A DNA stretch of 64,000 nucleotides from assembly GCA_903789495.1 (NCBI GenBank), contig CAIFEQ010000007.1:2414-66413 (forward strand). Direction: 5' to 3'. Position numbers and translations under genes: made by a program. This DNA comes from an uncultured Erysipelotrichaceae bacterium. Its GTDB lineage: Bacteria > Bacillota_I > Bacilli_A > Erysipelotrichales > Erysipelotrichaceae. The notes under the pieces are model-generated. The model was not told the origin of the DNA and searched no databases. It worked only from the letters and a program-made list of their open reading frames with translations. Below are positions 1-8,465 of this stretch, piece by piece. Within the stretch, counting starts at the first letter, position 1; each line of letters opens with the position of its first letter.

Positions 1-552
1 ATAGACGGTGTTGTTCTCCGTATCGATCTCCACGCAGTCCCAGCCCCGGTGCCGGGCTGCTTCCTCCAGCTCTTCCTGGCTGGGCAGGGTCCCGTACTGG
101 CCTTCCTCATTGGCTGCGATGCCGGCTTCCCGGTACTGATGCCAGACCTGGAGCAGGGCGCCCATCGTGATGTCGAATTCGCCGCCCGAGATGTCATAGA
201 ACTGTTTGGCTTCCTGCAGCATTTCGATGAGCACCGGGTCGACTTCCACCGGCTGAATGCCGGCGTTGTCGTTGATGGTCTTCAGGTTGTTCATGCCTTC
301 GTAGGTGTTGTAGATGTCAAACAGGTTGTTGTAATAGGTAAACAGCTCGGTGACGGTCTGGAAGTGAGCGTCAAAGGTCTCCTGGCTGTCGGTATACTCC
401 TGCAGGGAAATGAAGGTATCAAAGCCGGCATCCAGGGTGATGTTGCTGTACTTGGTCAGGGCCGGTGCCGTGGTTGCGGCTGTGCTCTGGGCCGTGCAGC
501 CGCTGAGCAGCAGCAGGCCGCTCAGAATCAGAGAAAATCGGTTTTTCAGCAT
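1..552 (-). CDS. apbE: FAD:protein FMN transferase (ApbE family) lipoprotein; C-terminal part lies beyond the window edge
   Basis: Absent from the ORF track because it runs off the window. Reverse translation from ATG at 552-550 gives MLKNRFSLILSGLLLLSGCTAQS (lipobox LSGC), then ...EGMNNLKTINDNAGIQPVEVDPVLIEMLQEAKQFYDISGGEFDITMGALLQVWHQYREAG, which is typical ApbE. Divergent from the rnf operon. Confidence 0.85.
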   Translation of the reverse strand, partial: MLKNRFSLILSGLLLLSGCTAQSTAATTAPALTKYSNITLDAGFDTFISLQEYTDSQETFDAHFQTVTELFTYYNNLFDIYNTYEGMNNLKTINDNAGIQPVEVDPVLIEMLQEAKQFYDISGGEFDITMGALLQVWHQYREAGIAANEEGQYGTLPSQEELEEAARHRGWDCVEIDTENNTVY

Positions 553-558
553 ATGCCT

Positions 559-567
559 ATTCTAGCA
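559..567 (-). promoter_or_regulatory. Extended -10 promoter (TGCTAGAAT) for apbE; the transcript is probably leaderless
   Basis: The minus strand reads CGTGCTAGAATAGGCAT-ATG. The -10 ends 6 nt before the ATG at 552-550 and there is no SD. The same 13-mer CGTGCTAGAATAG recurs upstream of tRNA-Gly. Confidence 0.5.
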
Positions 568-610
568 CGTCCGGAGCGGCCTCAAATCATGGTCATAGGG
601 AATTAAATGA

Positions 611-619
611 TGCTATAAT
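611..619 (+). promoter_or_regulatory. Extended -10 promoter (TGCTATAAT) for the rnf operon
   Basis: TGCTATAAT at 611-619, followed by SD GAGGAAGGG and the rnfC start. No convincing -35. Confidence 0.45.
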
Positions 620-652
620 AAGGCCGTTTTGAAAGAGGAAGGGTGTTATTGT

Positions 653-1939
653 ATGTCATTTTTAACCGGACCGATGCATCACCATCTGGAAGGACATAAG
701 GATCTCACCAACCACAAGGACCCGATCGTCCTGGCTGAGCCTGATGACCTCTGGATTCCGCTGGTGAACGGCAACGCTCCCTGCACGCCTCTGGTCAGTG
801 CCGGGGATGAGGTGAAGGTCGGCACCAAGATCGCTGAACGAAATGACCACTTTTACGTCCCTCTGTACTCGCCCGTTTCCGGCAAGGTAGTCGGGGTGGA
901 GAAGAGGATGACCGCCGCGATGAAGAATGTGGATCATCTCCATATTCAGAGCGACCACCAGGATACGACGGAAAAGCCGTTTGCCCCCCTGGATTATGAA
1001 ACCGCCGACTGGCAGACGCTGGAGGACTTCCTGAAGAACTCCGGCATGCAGGGTCTGGGCGGCGCCGGCTTCCCGACGTACGTGAAGTACCTGAAGCCGG
1101 AGAACATCCAGTGCCTGATCATCAACGGGGTGGAATGCGAGCCGTATCTGACGGCGGACTACCGCAACATGATGAACAATCTGGAGCTGCTGAAGGTCGG
1201 CACCCTGGCGTTCTTCAAGCTGAGCAAGGCCCAGCGGGTCTGTGTCTCCGTCAAAGAGGACAAGGCCGATCTGATCGCCGAGCTGAAGAAGACCTTTGAA
1301 GGCACCCCGGTGGAGATCCGCACCGTACCGGATATCTATCCGGCCGGCTGGGAGCGCACTCTGGTCTGGCTGCTCGAGCACAAGCGCTATGACAGGCTGC
1401 CCGCCGAAGCCGGCTGCATCGTGGACAATGCCTCGACAGCCATTGCCTTCGGCGATGCCCTGCAGAACGGCATGCCGATCACCAGGAAGGTCGTCACGGT
1501 GTCCGGGGATGCCGTGAAGGATCCGCACAATGTCATCGCCACGGTCGGTACGCCGGCCTCGGCCCTGATCGAAGCCTGCGGCGGCTACACGGAAGAGAAT
1601 GTCGTGCTGGCCGCCGGCGGTCCGATGATGGGCATGGCGATTCCGAACGACAAGTTCGTGATCGGGGTACCAAACAACGGCCTGACCGTTCTGAAGTATG
1701 TCAAGAATCCGGACATCAAGTGCCTGCGCTGCGGCAAGTGCACGGAAGTCTGCCCGAGCGGGCTGGAGCCGGTGCGCATCAACAATGCCGAGAAGGTCAA
1801 GGACATCGAGACCCTGAAGAAACTGGATACCCAGTCCTGCATCGAGTGCGGTCTGTGCAGCTATATCTGCCCGTCCAGGATTGATGTGACCGAAGGCATC
1901 CGCAGAGCCAAGCGGTATATGGCTCTGGTCAAGAAGTAA
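653..1939 (+). CDS. rnfC: Rnf complex subunit C
   Basis: MSFLTGPMHHH... with a GLGGAGFPT nucleotide-binding motif and two 4Fe-4S motifs (CLRCGKCTEVCP, CIECGLCSYICP). The ATG at 653 follows an SD; the track ORF opens at TTG 629. Confidence 0.92.
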   Translation: MSFLTGPMHHHLEGHKDLTNHKDPIVLAEPDDLWIPLVNGNAPCTPLVSAGDEVKVGTKIAERNDHFYVPLYSPVSGKVVGVEKRMTAAMKNVDHLHIQSDHQDTTEKPFAPLDYETADWQTLEDFLKNSGMQGLGGAGFPTYVKYLKPENIQCLIINGVECEPYLTADYRNMMNNLELLKVGTLAFFKLSKAQRVCVSVKEDKADLIAELKKTFEGTPVEIRTVPDIYPAGWERTLVWLLEHKRYDRLPAEAGCIVDNASTAIAFGDALQNGMPITRKVVTVSGDAVKDPHNVIATVGTPASALIEACGGYTEENVVLAAGGPMMGMAIPNDKFVIGVPNNGLTVLKYVKNPDIKCLRCGKCTEVCPSGLEPVRINNAEKVKDIETLKKLDTQSCIECGLCSYICPSRIDVTEGIRRAKRYMALVKK

Positions 1940-1955
1940 GAGGGGGACGGACAAG

Positions 1956-3413
1956 ATGAAACTGAATTTTGAACCGGCGCCGCATTACCGCTCACCGCAG
2001 AGCACGACGTCGATCATGAAGGATCTGACGCTGTGTCTGTGTGCGGTTACCGTATATGCGGTCATCTACTACGCCCAGGTCTACGGGGCCTCCTATGCGG
2101 TCCGGGTCATCGAGATGATGGTCGCGGCCGTGCTGGCCGCCTGCTGCACGGAAGCCGTCTACTTCCGGCTGCGCAGGCAGGATATCAAAACCGGCATCGC
2201 CACCTCCTATCCGTGGGTGACGGCCATGATCCTGGTGCTGATCTCTTCGATTGACAACAGCGTCTATGCCATCATCGCCTCCACCGTCATCGCCATTGTC
2301 TTCGGCAAGCTGGTGTTCGGCGGCTTCGGCCAGAATATCTTCAACCCGGCCGCTTTCGGCGAGGCCATCCTGATGAACAGCTTTGCCTCGGCCAAGAGCG
2401 CGGATTTTGCAACCGGTGCCACGCCGACCACCGCGATCAAGTCCTATGGCTGGCTGCTGACCAATGAGGAATGGCCGGATTTCATCGAACAGTACGGCGG
2501 GCTGGGCAAGATGTTCCTGGGCCAGTATCCCAGCACCATCGGTTCGACCTGCGCCCTGCTGATCCTGCTCTGCGGCATCTTCCTGATCATCCGTAAGGAC
2601 ATTGACTGGCAGGCACCGGTCTTCTATATCGGTACCATCTTCGTGCTGTCCCTGATCATCGGGGCCATGCACGGGGCGGGCGCCTGGTACGCCGTGTATC
2701 AGGTCCTGGCCGGCGGTGTCGTCTTCGGCGGCATCTTCATGCTCACCGATCCGGTCACTTCCCCGGTCACCATTCCGGGCCGGGTCGTGTTCGGCATCGG
2801 AGCAGCCTGCTTTACGCTGATCTTCCGTCTGCGTTCCAACATGGCAGACGGCGTGCTGTATTCCATCCTGCTCATGAACATGCTCACGCCGGCCATCGAC
2901 ATGATGATGGACGGCAACCAGATCAAGAATGCGAAGAAGATTTCCCGCAATGTCACGGTCTGGAGTGTCTGCTTCATCATCATCGCGCTGCTCATCGGCG
3001 GTTTCGCCCAGGAAGAGCAGCCGGATACCAGCAGCGACAGCAGCTCTTCCGGCAGTGCCGCAGCGCTGGCGCTTTCGGATGACTACAGCGACTACGAAGC
3101 CGCCTGCGAAGCAGTCGGCGACAGCACCTACTCCTGCACGGCCAAGGGCTTCGGCCTGATCACCGGCATGGAAGGCGACTACAAGAAGAACAGAGTCACC
3201 ATCACGGTCGCCGACGGGGCCGTCGAGTCGATCACCCTGGATAACTTCGGGGATACGGAAGGCATCGGCGACCAGGCAGTGACGGATGAGAACCTGGCGA
3301 ACTATGTCGGCCTGACCCTGGATGATTCGGTGGATGCCGTCAGCGGTGCCACCTACACCAGCAAGTCGATTACCGCCATGGTGCAGGCTGCTCTGGAAGC
3401 AGCGGCTCAGTAA
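1956..3413 (+). CDS. rnfD: Rnf complex subunit D fused to an extra TM helix, a Ser/Asp-rich linker and a C-terminal FMN_bind-like domain
   Basis: RnfD core (FGQNIFNPAAFG, TGATPTT flavinylation motif, MLTDPVTSP) up to about residue 325. Then TM VTVWSVCFIIIALLIGGFA, linker QEEQPDTSSDSSSSGS, and a domain of about 100 aa ending SVDAVSGATYTSKSITAMV. Confidence 0.9.
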   Translation: MKLNFEPAPHYRSPQSTTSIMKDLTLCLCAVTVYAVIYYAQVYGASYAVRVIEMMVAAVLAACCTEAVYFRLRRQDIKTGIATSYPWVTAMILVLISSIDNSVYAIIASTVIAIVFGKLVFGGFGQNIFNPAAFGEAILMNSFASAKSADFATGATPTTAIKSYGWLLTNEEWPDFIEQYGGLGKMFLGQYPSTIGSTCALLILLCGIFLIIRKDIDWQAPVFYIGTIFVLSLIIGAMHGAGAWYAVYQVLAGGVVFGGIFMLTDPVTSPVTIPGRVVFGIGAACFTLIFRLRSNMADGVLYSILLMNMLTPAIDMMMDGNQIKNAKKISRNVTVWSVCFIIIALLIGGFAQEEQPDTSSDSSSSGSAAALALSDDYSDYEAACEAVGDSTYSCTAKGFGLITGMEGDYKKNRVTITVADGAVESITLDNFGDTEGIGDQAVTDENLANYVGLTLDDSVDAVSGATYTSKSITAMVQAALEAAAQ

Positions 3414-3427
3414 GGAGGACAGCAGAA

Positions 3428-3937
3428 ATGAAGAAGGATTCCACAGCTTACAAGGTTGTTCTTCTCGGCGTCCTGTGCGCCATCTGCGGTCTGGCCCTGG
3501 GCGGTGTCAACAACCTGACGGCACCGATCATTGCCGAGACACAGCTGCAGAACGAACTGGCCAACCTGGAACTGATCTATCCGGATGCGGAATTCACGCA
3601 GCTGGAGGTCACGGATGATTCCGGCTATATCCAGGGGGCTTACAGCGCCGAGGGGTATGGCACGGTCTACAAGGTCCATGCCGTCGGCTACAATTCCAAC
3701 GGCTTCACGTTCCTGGTTGCCATCGATGATGAAGGAACGATTGACGGCTTTGCCACCCTGGAGCAGAGCGAGACTAGCGGTTTCGGTGCCCGCTGCTTTG
3801 AGGATGACTTCATCAACAGTCTGATCGGTCTGGATGCCAGCGAGGATACCCCGCTGCTGTCCGGGGCGACGATCACCAGCTCGGCCATCCGGCGGGGCAT
3901 TGCGGCAGCCTATGCCTGCTGGAGCGAGAGTCACTGA
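3428..3937 (+). CDS. rnfG: Rnf complex subunit G (FMN-binding)
   Basis: N-terminal TM helix, then an FMN_bind-type domain with the LLSGATITSSAI flavinylation motif. Position after rnfD. Confidence 0.9.
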   Translation: MKKDSTAYKVVLLGVLCAICGLALGGVNNLTAPIIAETQLQNELANLELIYPDAEFTQLEVTDDSGYIQGAYSAEGYGTVYKVHAVGYNSNGFTFLVAIDDEGTIDGFATLEQSETSGFGARCFEDDFINSLIGLDASEDTPLLSGATITSSAIRRGIAAAYACWSESH

Positions 3938-3952
3938 GGAGGTGCAGCTGCT

Positions 3953-4681
3953 ATGAGTGAAAACAAGAAAATGGGCTTCTGGCAGGAAATGATCTATAAC
4001 AACCCGGTCTTCGGGCTGTACCTTGGCATCTGCTCCAGCCTGGCCATTACGACGACCATCACCAATGCCATCGGCATGGGCATGGCAGTCATCTGTGTTC
4101 TGGTTCTTTCCAACATCCTGGTTTCCATCGTGGCACCGATCACGCCGGATGAGATTCACATTCCGGTCTACATCGTCATCATCGCCACGCTGGTCACCAT
4201 CGTCGGGATGCTGATGCAGGCGTATATGCCGGATCTGTATACCTCGCTGGGCGCCTTCATCGACCTGATCGTCGTCAACTGCATCATCCTGGGCCGCGCC
4301 GAGGCCTATGCCTGCAGCCATGGGGTTGCGGACAGTGCCCGCGACGGTCTCATGATGGGTCTGTCCTATACGTTCTCAATCTTCACGATGTCGTTCATCC
4401 GGCAGATCCTGGGGACCGGCATCCTGTCCTTCACGAACCCGTTCACCAGTCAGGAGGTCTTCTCCATCACCCTGATTCCGGAAGCCTACACGATTCCGGT
4501 GTTCACCACCCAGACCGGTGCCTTCCTGACGTTTGCCATTCTGGCGGCGCTGGTGGCAGCTTACAAGAACAAGAATGATGCCAAGGCGGCGGAAGCGGCC
4601 AAGGCAGCCAAGCTGGCGGCAGCCAGGGAAGCGGCTGCCAGAAAGGCGGCTCCGGCAGCGGCCAAGGAGGCTGACGCATGA
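3953..4681 (+). CDS. rnfE: Rnf complex subunit E, with an Ala/Lys-rich C-terminal tail
   Basis: NNPVFGLYLGICSSLAITT and LVVNCIILGRAEA motifs of RnfE/NqrD. Tail: KAAEAAKAAKLAAAREAAARKAAPAAAKEADA. Confidence 0.9.
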   Translation: MSENKKMGFWQEMIYNNPVFGLYLGICSSLAITTTITNAIGMGMAVICVLVLSNILVSIVAPITPDEIHIPVYIVIIATLVTIVGMLMQAYMPDLYTSLGAFIDLIVVNCIILGRAEAYACSHGVADSARDGLMMGLSYTFSIFTMSFIRQILGTGILSFTNPFTSQEVFSITLIPEAYTIPVFTTQTGAFLTFAILAALVAAYKNKNDAKAAEAAKAAKLAAAREAAARKAAPAAAKEADA

Positions 4682-5250
4682 ATCTGTTTACTCTGTTCAT
4701 CAGCGCACTGCTGATCAATAACGTCATTCTGTCGAAGTTCCTCGGCATGTGCCCGTTCATGGGTGTCTCCACCAAGCTGTCTTCGGCGTTTGGCATGGGC
4801 ATTGCCGTCATCTTCGTCATCTTCGGCGCCTCGGTGCTGTCCTGGCTGCTGTACTACTATGTCCTGGTTCCGCTGGATCTGGAATACATGGAGCTGATCT
4901 GCTTCATCCTGCTGATCGCCTCCTTCGTGCAGTTCGTGGAAATGTTCATCAAGAAGAAGTCCCCGAGCCTGTACAAGTCTCTGGGCATCTATCTGCCGCT
5001 GATCACCACCAACTGCGCGGTCCTGTATGTGGCGCAGGATAACATCACCCAGGGCTATAACCTGGCGGAAACGATCGTCAACTCCATCGGTGTTCCGGCC
5101 GGCTTCATGCTCATGCTGGTGATCTTCGCGACCATCCGGGGACGGCTGGCCGGCAACGATCTGCCGAAGCCGTTCCAGGGCAACCCGATTGCCTTCGTCT
5201 GCGCGGCCATCATGGCCATTGCCTTCTCGGCTTTCGCCGGTCTGGCTTGA
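4678..5250 (+). CDS. rnfA: Rnf complex subunit A
   Basis: MNLFTLFISALLINNVILSKFLGMCPFMGVS and GIYLPLITTNCAVL are typical RnfA/NqrE. The ATGA overlaps the rnfE stop. Confidence 0.92.
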   Translation: MNLFTLFISALLINNVILSKFLGMCPFMGVSTKLSSAFGMGIAVIFVIFGASVLSWLLYYYVLVPLDLEYMELICFILLIASFVQFVEMFIKKKSPSLYKSLGIYLPLITTNCAVLYVAQDNITQGYNLAETIVNSIGVPAGFMLMLVIFATIRGRLAGNDLPKPFQGNPIAFVCAAIMAIAFSAFAGLA

Positions 5251-5254
5251 GTCC

Positions 5255-5452
5255 ATGCGGTATCTGTTTGCCATCCTGATCGCAGGCGGACTGTTCGCGT
5301 TCTATGCCTGGGCCTACCAGGCCAACCACAGGACACCGGTGCCGGAGGGCTGTGAAAACGCCCGGCCGGACTGCCAGGCCTGCGGCATTGCGGACTGTGC
5401 CCTGCGGGAAAAGATGGGCGAAACCAAGGAAAAGGAGATTCAGACAAAATGA
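5255..5452 (+). CDS. Small single-TM Cys-rich protein inserted between rnfA and rnfB
   Basis: MRYLFAILIAGGLFAFYAWAY (TM), then CENARPDCQACGIADC (C-x6-C-x2-C-x4-C) and a Lys/Glu tail. Starts 4 nt after the rnfA stop, and its stop overlaps the rnfB ATG (ATGA). No clear SD. Confidence 0.55.
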   Translation: MRYLFAILIAGGLFAFYAWAYQANHRTPVPEGCENARPDCQACGIADCALREKMGETKEKEIQTK

Positions 5453-5730
5453 TCAAGGCATTGTTTCTGATGCTCATACTGGGCGCCATCTGCGGCCTGA
5501 TTCTGGGCTTTGCGTCCAAGGTGTTCCATGTGGAAGTCGACCACCGGGTGGAAGAAGTCCAGGCGATGCTGCCGGGCTACAACTGCGGCGGCTGCGGCTA
5601 CCCCGGCTGCTCCGGCATGGCAGCGGCTCTGTGCTCCGGCGAAGCGGATATTTCCAGCTGCAAGCCTTCGAAGCCGGAACAGAAGGAAGCCATCCGCCAG
5701 TGGCTCAAGGATCATCCGGCCAACGCCTGA
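5449..5730 (+). CDS. rnfB: Rnf subunit B, short form: TM helix plus N-terminal Fe-S domain only, no ferredoxin domains
   Basis: MIKALFLMLILGAICGLILGFASKVFHVEVDHRVEEVQAMLPGYNCGGCGYPGCSGMAAAL matches the RnfB N-terminus. The protein ends at 93 aa and a terminator follows. Confidence 0.8.
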   Translation: MIKALFLMLILGAICGLILGFASKVFHVEVDHRVEEVQAMLPGYNCGGCGYPGCSGMAAALCSGEADISSCKPSKPEQKEAIRQWLKDHPANA

Positions 5731-5748
5731 GCGGAAATCATGCAGGCA

Positions 5749-5776
5749 AGCGGTTCTGTCCGGGAACCGCTTTTTC
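5749..5776 (+). terminator. Intrinsic terminator after the rnf operon
   Basis: AGCGGTTC-tgtccgg-GAACCGCT followed by TTTTT. Confidence 0.8.
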
Positions 5777-5792
5777 TTATGCCTGTCCTATA

Positions 5793-7145
5793 ATGAATCC
5801 GGAGGACAGACTTATAAGTATTCATGCCGATACGGTAAATCACGAACTGCTGGAATTCATCCGCCGGAGTCCGACGGCCTTTCAGGCGGCCGACCAGATG
5901 GCGCGGATCCTGCAGGAAAACGACTTTGCGGAACTGCCGGAAGAGGAGAACTGGGAGCTGGTGCCGGGAAACGGGTATTTTGTACGCCGCAACGATTCCA
6001 GTCTTCTGGCCTTCCGGATGCCGGCCGGAGATTTCGGCGGCTTTCAGCTGTTTTCGGCCCACAGTGACTCGCCGATGTTCCGGATCAAGCCCAATGCGGA
6101 AGTGGTCGCGGAGAAGGCCTATGTGCGGCTGAATGCCGAACCCTACGGCGGGATGATCCTGTCCACCTGGCTGGACCGCCCTTTGTCGGTGGCCGGGCGG
6201 GTGGTGGTCCGCACCCCGCAGGGCATTGCCTCGAAACTGGTCAACATCGACCGCGATCTGGTCGTGATTCCCAACACGGCAGCGGCCCTGAACAGGCGGC
6301 TGTCTGCCGGCTGTGCCTACAATCTTCAGACCGATATGCAGCCGCTCTACGGCATGGCTGATGCGGAAAATACATTCCTGCCCCTGATCGCCGGGGCAGC
6401 CGGGGTAGAGACGGAAGACATCCTGGACACGGATCTCTATCTTTACAGCCGGGTTTCCGGCACGGTGTACGGGGTCAATCAGGAGTTTATCGGTTCGCCG
6501 CGTCTGGACAATCTGCAGTGCGCCTTTGCCGGCCTGCAGGGCTTCCTGGCTGCCGAGGCCGGGGAGAGCTGCCCGGTGTTTGCCGTCTATGATAATGAAG
6601 AGATCGGTTCCCGGACCCGGCAGGGGGCGGATTCCGATTTCCTGTCTGCCGTGCTGCAGCGGATCTGCACGGCCTGCGGGTATGGCCCCGAGGCGTATTA
6701 CCGCTGCCTGGCCGACAGCTTCTATGTCAGTGTCGACAACGCCCATGCCCTGCATCCCAATCATCCCGAACTCTATGATCCGGATCATCAGCCCCTGCTG
6801 AACAAGGGCATCGTCATCAAGTACAATGCCGCCCAGCACTACGCCAGCGACGGTCTGTCCGCCGGGCTGTTCCGGCAGATCTGCGCCCGGGCCGAGGTGC
6901 CCTGGCAGACCTTTGTCTACCGCAACGACAACGTAGGCGGCGGGACCCTGGGCAATCTGTCCAATACGCATGTCTCGATGCTGACCGTGGATGTCGGTCT
7001 GCCCAGCCTGTCCATGCATTCAGCCTTCGAGACTGCCGGGACGCTGGATACGACCTACCTGATGGAAGCCATGCAGATGCATTTCTCGACCAGCGTGCAT
7101 AAGCACGGCCGCTCCTATGAGCTGCAGTTTCCCGCCGATCTGTGA
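5793..7145 (+). CDS. M18 family aminopeptidase
   Basis: FSAHSDSPMFRIKPN, YGGMILSTWLDRPL, DNEEIGSRTRQGADS and DNAHALHPNHPE are M18 (aspartyl aminopeptidase-like) motifs. First in-frame ATG after the terminator; no SD. Confidence 0.88.
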   Translation: MNPEDRLISIHADTVNHELLEFIRRSPTAFQAADQMARILQENDFAELPEEENWELVPGNGYFVRRNDSSLLAFRMPAGDFGGFQLFSAHSDSPMFRIKPNAEVVAEKAYVRLNAEPYGGMILSTWLDRPLSVAGRVVVRTPQGIASKLVNIDRDLVVIPNTAAALNRRLSAGCAYNLQTDMQPLYGMADAENTFLPLIAGAAGVETEDILDTDLYLYSRVSGTVYGVNQEFIGSPRLDNLQCAFAGLQGFLAAEAGESCPVFAVYDNEEIGSRTRQGADSDFLSAVLQRICTACGYGPEAYYRCLADSFYVSVDNAHALHPNHPELYDPDHQPLLNKGIVIKYNAAQHYASDGLSAGLFRQICARAEVPWQTFVYRNDNVGGGTLGNLSNTHVSMLTVDVGLPSLSMHSAFETAGTLDTTYLMEAMQMHFSTSVHKHGRSYELQFPADL

Positions 7146-7163
7146 GGATCGTCTGAAGCCATG

Positions 7164-7191
7164 AAAAAGACCGGCCGCGGAGCCGGTCTTT
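7164..7191. terminator. Bidirectional terminator between convergent genes
   Basis: AAAAAGACCGGC-cgcgga-GCCGGTCTTT. Confidence 0.7.
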
Positions 7192-7204
7192 GTGATCCCG
7201 CTGC

Positions 7205-8350
7205 TTACATCAGCTGGCGGTACATGGCAATGATGTCTTCCTTCACGGCATCGCGGGGGTTGCCCGGGCAGCAGGCATCGGCCAGGGCATCTTTGGCCAG
7301 GGTCTCCAGATCCTCTTCCCGGATGCGTTCATTCTTCTGGGGAATGCCGACATCCTTGGACAGCTGGCGCACGGCCTCGATGGCAGCCCTGCGGTATTCC
7401 GCCTGGCTCATGGCATCGACTCCCTCGACCCCCATGGCGCGGGCGATTTCCTTGTACTTCTCACCCGTATAGTCCTTGTTGTATTCCATGACGATCGGCA
7501 GCAGCTGAGCGCAGGCCATGCCGTGCGGCGTATCATAGTGCGCGCTCAGGCAGTGGGCCATGGAGTGATCCACGCCCAGACCGACATTGGAGAATCCCAT
7601 GCCGGCAATGTACTGAGCCAGGGCCATGCCTTCCCGGCCTTCCGGTTCATTCTGCACGGCAGAACGCAGATAGCGGCCGATCAGACGGATGGCCTCGAGG
7701 TGGAACATGTCGGCCATCTCCCAGGCTCCCTTGGTGATGTAGCCTTCGATGGCATGGGTCAGGGCATCCATGCCGGTGCAGGCCGTCAGCATGGCGGGCA
7801 TGGAGGACATCATGTCCGGATCGACCACGGCGATGGTCGGGATGTCATGGGTGTCCACGCAGACAAACTTGCGCTGCTTTTCGACATCAGTGATGACATA
7901 GTTGATCGTCACTTCGGCCGCCGTGCCGGCCGTGGTCGGAACGGCAATGGTCGGTACCGCATGGTTCCGGGTGGCGGCGACGCCTTCCAGCGAGCGGACA
8001 TCCGCGAATTCCGGATTGGTGATGATGATCCCGATGGCCTTGGCGGTATCCATGGAGGAGCCGCCGCCGATGGCGACGATGCAGTCGGCCTTGGCTTCCT
8101 GGAAGGCCCGGACGCCATCCTGCACGTTCTGAATGGTGGGATTCGGCTTGATGCCGGAGTAGACCGTATAGGCAATTCCGGCCTTGTCCAGCAGATCGGT
8201 CACCTTGGCCGTCACGCCGAAACGGATCAGATCGGGATCAGAGGTCACAAAGACCTTCTGCCAGCCGCCGCGCTGAATCTCCGGGACAATTTCCTGGATT
8301 GCCCCCTTGCCATGATAGGAAATGCCGTTAAGAACAATGCGATTTGTCAT
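7205..8350 (-). CDS. Iron-containing (group III) alcohol dehydrogenase, lactaldehyde reductase-like
   Basis: MTNRIVLNGISYHGKGAI..., GGGSSMDTAKAIG, and His-rich metal site HAIEGY / HSMAHCLSAHYDTPHG. ATG at 8350 is preceded by SD GAAGGA. Confidence 0.9.
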   Translation of the reverse strand: MTNRIVLNGISYHGKGAIQEIVPEIQRGGWQKVFVTSDPDLIRFGVTAKVTDLLDKAGIAYTVYSGIKPNPTIQNVQDGVRAFQEAKADCIVAIGGGSSMDTAKAIGIIITNPEFADVRSLEGVAATRNHAVPTIAVPTTAGTAAEVTINYVITDVEKQRKFVCVDTHDIPTIAVVDPDMMSSMPAMLTACTGMDALTHAIEGYITKGAWEMADMFHLEAIRLIGRYLRSAVQNEPEGREGMALAQYIAGMGFSNVGLGVDHSMAHCLSAHYDTPHGMACAQLLPIVMEYNKDYTGEKYKEIARAMGVEGVDAMSQAEYRRAAIEAVRQLSKDVGIPQKNERIREEDLETLAKDALADACCPGNPRDAVKEDIIAMYRQLM

Positions 8351-8465
8351 CTTTATCCTTCTTTCTGGCATGTGAAATGATTTCACATGCCACGCTTATT
8401 ATAGCAACCTGCCCGCTTTTCAGGGAAAGCCGGCCGGAGGAACAAATACAGCAGGCAGAGGAAAC

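Noticed and set aside
5449-5730. Short rnfB as a pseudogene remnant or an assembly truncation.
   Set aside because: The ORF ends cleanly and is followed by a well-formed terminator. No ferredoxin-like CxxCxxCxxxCP coding remnant exists in any frame before the next gene. It is treated as a genuine short form and reported as a finding instead.
5304-5792. N-terminal 163-aa extension of the aminopeptidase ORF (track ORF 5304-7145).
   Set aside because: The extension overlaps the small Cys-rich ORF, rnfB and the rnf terminator in another frame, and it is Arg/Pro-rich. The M18 homology begins at ATG 5793.
5789-5794. A perfect TATAAT overlapping the aminopeptidase start codon, followed by GGAGG at 5801-5805. 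This could indicate a later start.
   Set aside because: There is no ATG, GTG or TTG in frame within a usable distance after the GGAGG (only ATA and ATT). Residues from ATG 5793 fit the family N-terminus, so the call at 5793 is kept, with the start flagged as lacking an SD.
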